A stretch of 29,056 nt of DNA. Origin: a virus (lineage: Duplodnaviria > Caudoviricetes). Shown piece after piece: positions 25,436 through 29,056 of this stretch. The DNA lies in IMG/VR virus record IMGVR_UViG_3300012982_000004, positions 1 to 29,056 of that record; one strand, written 5' to 3'. A model generated the notes under the pieces. That model saw only the letters and a program-made list of their open reading frames with translations. It had not been told where the DNA came from and did no database searches. How positions within the stretch are numbered: position 1 is the stretch's first letter; every line of letters starts with the position of its first letter. The position numbers and the translations under genes were made by a program.

Positions 25436-25680
25436 CTTCCTGCACCTGTGGCCCTGGCCTTATGCGAGGCGACCGCCACTCGCTGCAGCTCTCCAACTGT
25501 CGTGCCTGTTCGTTTGGCATAGTCGTCCATGAGCATTGCGTGTTCCGCCATGAAGACCTGCATCGCGTCGTATAGAGGCTTCAGTTTTCTCAGCGCGATC
25601 AGCACCATCCCCAGCAGGGCAAGATTGCCTACGGAGATAGTCCAATCAAGATGTATCGGAGGAAGGGCCTGAAAGATCAT
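25432..25680 (-). CDS. Single-TM holin/antiholin-like protein
   Basis: DWTISVGNLALLGMVLIAL; directly upstream of the endolysin; TGATG coupling. Confidence 0.6.
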   Translation of the reverse strand: MIFQALPPIHLDWTISVGNLALLGMVLIALRKLKPLYDAMQVFMAEHAMLMDDYAKRTGTTVGELQRVAVASHKARATGAGR

Positions 25681-25952
25681 CACTTCCCCGCTGCCGCTCC
25701 GCTGGCGGCTTCTTCGCGCCGGTCCGTGCCGTCCCATTGCTTCGGGGCGATCACATCGCGCAGGTTGAGTGCGCCAAAGCGTGAGATAAGGTCATTGGCG
25801 GCGGCAAGCACAACGACGAACTTTGATTTTGGGAACCATTGGTTGGCCCAGCGCTCGATCATCGAAAGAAACACGCTGGTGATCGAGCAGGCGACGATGA
25901 CGTGCTCCCCGAAGGTCAGCAGGTGCGGCAGACTTGCTACCGTAAGGTTCAT
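25680..25952 (-). CDS. Putative holin
   Basis: Two hydrophobic segments and a charged C-tail (DRREE); AAGGAG RBS. Confidence 0.55.
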   Translation of the reverse strand: MNLTVASLPHLLTFGEHVIVACSITSVFLSMIERWANQWFPKSKFVVVLAAANDLISRFGALNLRDVIAPKQWDGTDRREEAASGAAAGK

Positions 25953-25972
25953 GGGATTGCTCCTTGAATGGA

Positions 25973-26608
25973 CTAAAAGATGATGATGGCGCCGCGGTGG
26001 GCCTGGCCCTTGCTGTTGCCATTTGGTCCTGAATTGGCCGGGGTGTAAGTCCCTGAAGTCCAGATGTCGTAAAGCAGAACACTATCGGTCCCCTGAGTTC
26101 CAGTGTCGCCGTTTAATTGCTCCCCCCATGTACACGCCCCAACTCGTATCTTGGTCAGGTCTTGAGATGTACTTAGAGCGACGGTATCGGTAGTTTGTCC
26201 CCAGCCATTACCGTCATCGCAACGCAGCTTTGAATATGAGGTTCCACCATCAATTGAATAGACGATGCATGCTGCCCCGGCCCCGTTCATTCCAGGACTA
26301 GAACTGTTGATATTCAACGTCACGGCACTGTAAGTATTTGCAGATTTTGGGATGCCGCTGAAAAGTCGTGATCGCAGAATGCTTATACTGGATATTCCAG
26401 CAGCTGTATAAGTGACAGAGGTTGCCTGACCAGCCGCATCATATGCCAATGCACCAGACCCGCTGGGTCCATGCGACCCCACCCCGCAATTCAGGGTTGC
26501 CCACGATGGGGTGCCGGGGTCTGAATCCGAACTGGGACGTAGGATCTCCGTGCTCGTGGTCCCCGCCGCCATTCCTATCAGCAGCAGAACAATCAGCAGC
26601 CGCCTCAT
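25973..26608 (-). CDS. Exported beta-rich tail-associated protein with signal peptide
   Basis: MRRLLIVLLLIGMAAG|TT..., YSIDGGTSY Asp-box, four Cys; coupled to the tailspike stop. Confidence 0.7.
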   Translation of the reverse strand: MRRLLIVLLLIGMAAGTTSTEILRPSSDSDPGTPSWATLNCGVGSHGPSGSGALAYDAAGQATSVTYTAAGISSISILRSRLFSGIPKSANTYSAVTLNINSSSPGMNGAGAACIVYSIDGGTSYSKLRCDDGNGWGQTTDTVALSTSQDLTKIRVGACTWGEQLNGDTGTQGTDSVLLYDIWTSGTYTPANSGPNGNSKGQAHRGAIIIF

Positions 26609-28446
26609 CAGTTCACCCCGAATTGGAGCCCGGCGCCGTTGACGTAAATGTAGCCTTCATAAAAATCATTGGCGTTGTATCTGAGCCGTTGCACCTGATA
26701 GTGCATGACCTGATTGGCAGCGCATCCGGTGGCCGTCAAACCACTGAATGTCGTGGTGGTAAGGATATTCGCGCCAGAAGCATTCACGGTCGCGGTCGCC
26801 GTGGATGGGTTGCTGAAGGCGGCATCATCGCTTGTCCCGTCCGCTGCGCATGTCACCGCCGCACCCAGTTCCACATTCACCGTTCCCGTCGGTGCTGATG
26901 GAGCCTGCCATTTGATCTGCGCATTCACTGGAACGCTGGAAATATAAGTTGGCGGCAGCATCCAGTTCCTCTGCGCCGTCACCGTTCCCTGCACATTTGA
27001 CTTGAATGTCACTATGGCCGCAGCCCATGCCTGTGAGCTTCCCAGCGTGAAAGACTGTGTCTGTGTTCCCGCAGCCTGTGCTATTAAGCCCTGCGAGGAA
27101 AGCGTGACATTCGTTGATTGGGATACAACGGCATGACCATTGGTTCCAGGCTCAAATGCCACTGTAGGATTTGATGGAGAACCAACAAACGCCAGCACCA
27201 ATTCTGTGTTCTGCGCAAGCCCGGGGGTTGAGGCGGTATTCACTATCGTCCCTGTCCCGAAATTGGACGCGGAAGCATCCAGCATCCCTGATGTCAAAAC
27301 GTCTTTGTAGGAAAGCCAATCAATCGCTGCGTCTGCCGCTCCTGAGAGTGTCACCGTGAGAGTCGTTCCCGCCGCCATCGCCGTGGAATTTCCGTTGAAA
27401 TACCAGATCTCGAGATCGGTATTCAGATTGGTCTTGGCCAAGACCTTGGTATAGGCATTCGTGCCGTCCGTGACGCTTGAGACGGTCTTGCCGCCATCCA
27501 CGGCTATCGCCACCACCAATAGGTCACCCGCAGAGGTTGCCGCCGGATAGGTCGTTGTCACCGTAGTCGCCGCCGCCGCGGTACCAGAGCTCTCCTGATC
27601 TTTGCTTGAGGCCGAAGGCAGAGCCATCACGCCCTTCTGGACGTTGCTTCCAGTGATGCATTTGGCTACGGGTGCATTGGTGCCGAAGTTGTCCCAGCCC
27701 AGCGCGGCGGTCGCATTGTTGCATCCCCCGCCTTCAAACCACGCGAAGGCGTAGCGCTTGCAGGTGATTCCTGTCTGCGTGCAGTCGAGCACGTTCAACC
27801 CCGCCTGCGCACTGTCCGGATTCAGGACAAAGTTGGCATGACCTCCGGCATCTGGGATGCGGTAGTTGTGGCCTGAGGCCGCTGGCGCCACTGTTATCAG
27901 ATTGGGCGGATTGGTCGCCGTATCCAGAACGCTTGCCGGGTCAATCAATGAGACCCTTACCCCCGGCGAGGTCGTGTGCGCGGTCGAGCCCGTGAAGTAA
28001 GTCGCGGTGATGGGCCCTGAGACCGTCTGGTTCGCCCCCCCTGTCGGATTCAACAGCACACTCATATTCAGCGCGCGAAGCCCAAGATTCGAGACGTTGT
28101 CCACGCTGTACTGCAAAGTGCCGCTGGCGCAGTTCGTTCCCCCGGCGGAATAGAGCACTATCTTGTAGAGCTGCGACCCCAGCCAGATCGAAGCAAATCC
28201 TCCGGCATCGAGGATGACCGGATTCGAGAGTGGCGTGGTCGCGGTGGAGTCGGTATATGCGGCCTGCGGAGTCGAGGTCCCGGCCTGATAGGTGAAGACG
28301 CATCCGCCAGAGAGGATATTGCCGCTCGCATCGAAGAACTGCATCTTCGGCGGCGGCATCAATCCCGCATTGGTCTGGGCCCACAGATATAGATCGCCGC
28401 TCCAGACCATCCCCGTAATCAACAGAACCGCCAGTAATCGCCGCAT
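26608..28446 (-). CDS. Tailspike/tail fibre with podovirus head-binding N-domain, preceded by a signal peptide
   Basis: MRRLLAVLLITGMVWSGDLYLWA|QTNAGLMPPPKMQFFDASGNILSGGCVFTYQAGTSTPQAAYTDS...NPVILDAGG..IWL...YK...VDNV; distal beta domains (AGDLLVV...VTD..N.YT); AGGAG RBS. Confidence 0.8.
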   Translation of the reverse strand: MRRLLAVLLITGMVWSGDLYLWAQTNAGLMPPPKMQFFDASGNILSGGCVFTYQAGTSTPQAAYTDSTATTPLSNPVILDAGGFASIWLGSQLYKIVLYSAGGTNCASGTLQYSVDNVSNLGLRALNMSVLLNPTGGANQTVSGPITATYFTGSTAHTTSPGVRVSLIDPASVLDTATNPPNLITVAPAASGHNYRIPDAGGHANFVLNPDSAQAGLNVLDCTQTGITCKRYAFAWFEGGGCNNATAALGWDNFGTNAPVAKCITGSNVQKGVMALPSASSKDQESSGTAAAATTVTTTYPAATSAGDLLVVAIAVDGGKTVSSVTDGTNAYTKVLAKTNLNTDLEIWYFNGNSTAMAAGTTLTVTLSGAADAAIDWLSYKDVLTSGMLDASASNFGTGTIVNTASTPGLAQNTELVLAFVGSPSNPTVAFEPGTNGHAVVSQSTNVTLSSQGLIAQAAGTQTQSFTLGSSQAWAAAIVTFKSNVQGTVTAQRNWMLPPTYISSVPVNAQIKWQAPSAPTGTVNVELGAAVTCAADGTSDDAAFSNPSTATATVNASGANILTTTTFSGLTATGCAANQVMHYQVQRLRYNANDFYEGYIYVNGAGLQFGVN

Positions 28447-28457
28447 CGTCTCTCCTG

Positions 28458-28490
28458 AAATAAAAAGGGCCGTCCGGTTTCCGGACAGCC
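28458..28490 (-). terminator. Terminator-like hairpin just upstream of the tailspike RBS
   Basis: GGCTGTCCGG-AAA-CCGGACGGCC-CTTTTTATTT. Confidence 0.55.
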
Positions 28491-28549
28491 TGATTTGACT
28501 TTCCCGCTACTCTGGGCGTACTGTTTCAGCCCGTGAGGAGGGCGCTCAC

Positions 28550-29056
28550 ATGAAATATGTTTTGTTCCTGCTTCTCGCTTCTCTGACCTTCGGGCAGCAA
28601 GCTAAAAAAACACAACCTACATTCAGGGCAAAACTCGCCACGAAAGACGCGCAGATCGCCGAACTGCAAGAGAACGTCAGCCGCCTCACCGCCGTTGTCG
28701 TAAAGCTCCAGCAGCAGAACGCCGAGATCAAGAAAAAAGATTCGGAGATACAAGCCGCCGACGCCAAGATCGAGGCCACCGGCCAGCAGTTTTCCTCCAG
28801 CTATAAACAAGTGGTCGATGCCTATGGTTCACTCGTGGCGGAGCATAACGCGCTAATCTCGCGGTTTAATGCCATGCTCTCTCAAGCCAACGCCGCACTC
28901 GCCAATGCGAATTATCAAGCTCGCCGACAGCAAAGAATCAATAATGCACTCGCGGCATTCTCAATGATGCCGCACTATCAACCACAACCGCTGCAACTCT
29001 ATGTCCCGCCAGTTCAGCCGGTGCAGATTCCGCGTTCCGTGAACTGCCTCACGAGC
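28550..29056 (+). CDS. Exported coiled-coil protein, moron-like (runs off the right edge; absent from ORF track)
   Basis: GAGGAG RBS, MKYVLFLLLASLTFG|QQAKK...DAQIAELQENVSRL...PVQIPRSVNCLTS; open to the window end; the only plus-strand gene. Confidence 0.75.
   Translation, partial: MKYVLFLLLASLTFGQQAKKTQPTFRAKLATKDAQIAELQENVSRLTAVVVKLQQQNAEIKKKDSEIQAADAKIEATGQQFSSSYKQVVDAYGSLVAEHNALISRFNAMLSQANAALANANYQARRQQRINNALAAFSMMPHYQPQPLQLYVPPVQPVQIPRSVNCLTS

Noticed and set aside
87-28498. Numerous plus-strand ORFs in the track (e.g. 875..1486, 5386..6189, 19119..19661)
   Set aside because: Antisense shadows of well-supported minus-strand genes in GC-rich DNA; no recognisable motifs.
28526-28810. Minus-strand hydrophobic ORFs 28526..28810 and 28546..28779
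   Set aside because: Antisense to the plus-strand gene starting at 28550, which has an RBS and signal peptide.
1-29056. Alternative genetic code or stop-codon recoding
   Set aside because: Core genes (terL, portal, coat, int) are full length in the standard code and no suppressor tRNA is seen.

Overview
Most of the genome of a temperate P22-like podovirus, about 55-60% GC by eye. The host is plausibly Acidobacteriota, inferred from signal-peptide style and not proven. Nearly everything is on the minus strand. Reading right to left: tailspike/fibre, accessory exported protein, holins and DUF5675 endolysin, tyrosine integrase, strong promoter with an XRE/Cro-like HTH gene, the 3' part of a tRNA-Met (probable attP), many small early genes (Sak4-like AAA ATPase, replication initiator, RusA, HNH, GroES, ASCH), a late promoter, tRNA-Thr(CGT), terminase small and large subunits, P22-like portal, scaffold, P22-like coat, then post-coat structural genes. 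Phage genes lie on both sides of the att-like site, so this looks like the excised or free form. Two candidate novel systems stand out. (1) Four genes in virion-structural positions, including the tailspike with its head-binding domain, carry Sec signal peptides and paired cysteines, suggesting periplasmic folding and assembly onto the virion at lysis. (2) No CI repressor is visible in the window, and the probable attP lies between the early promoter and the early operon, so integration itself would unplug lytic transcription. All product calls are from motif recognition and synteny; no searches were run.
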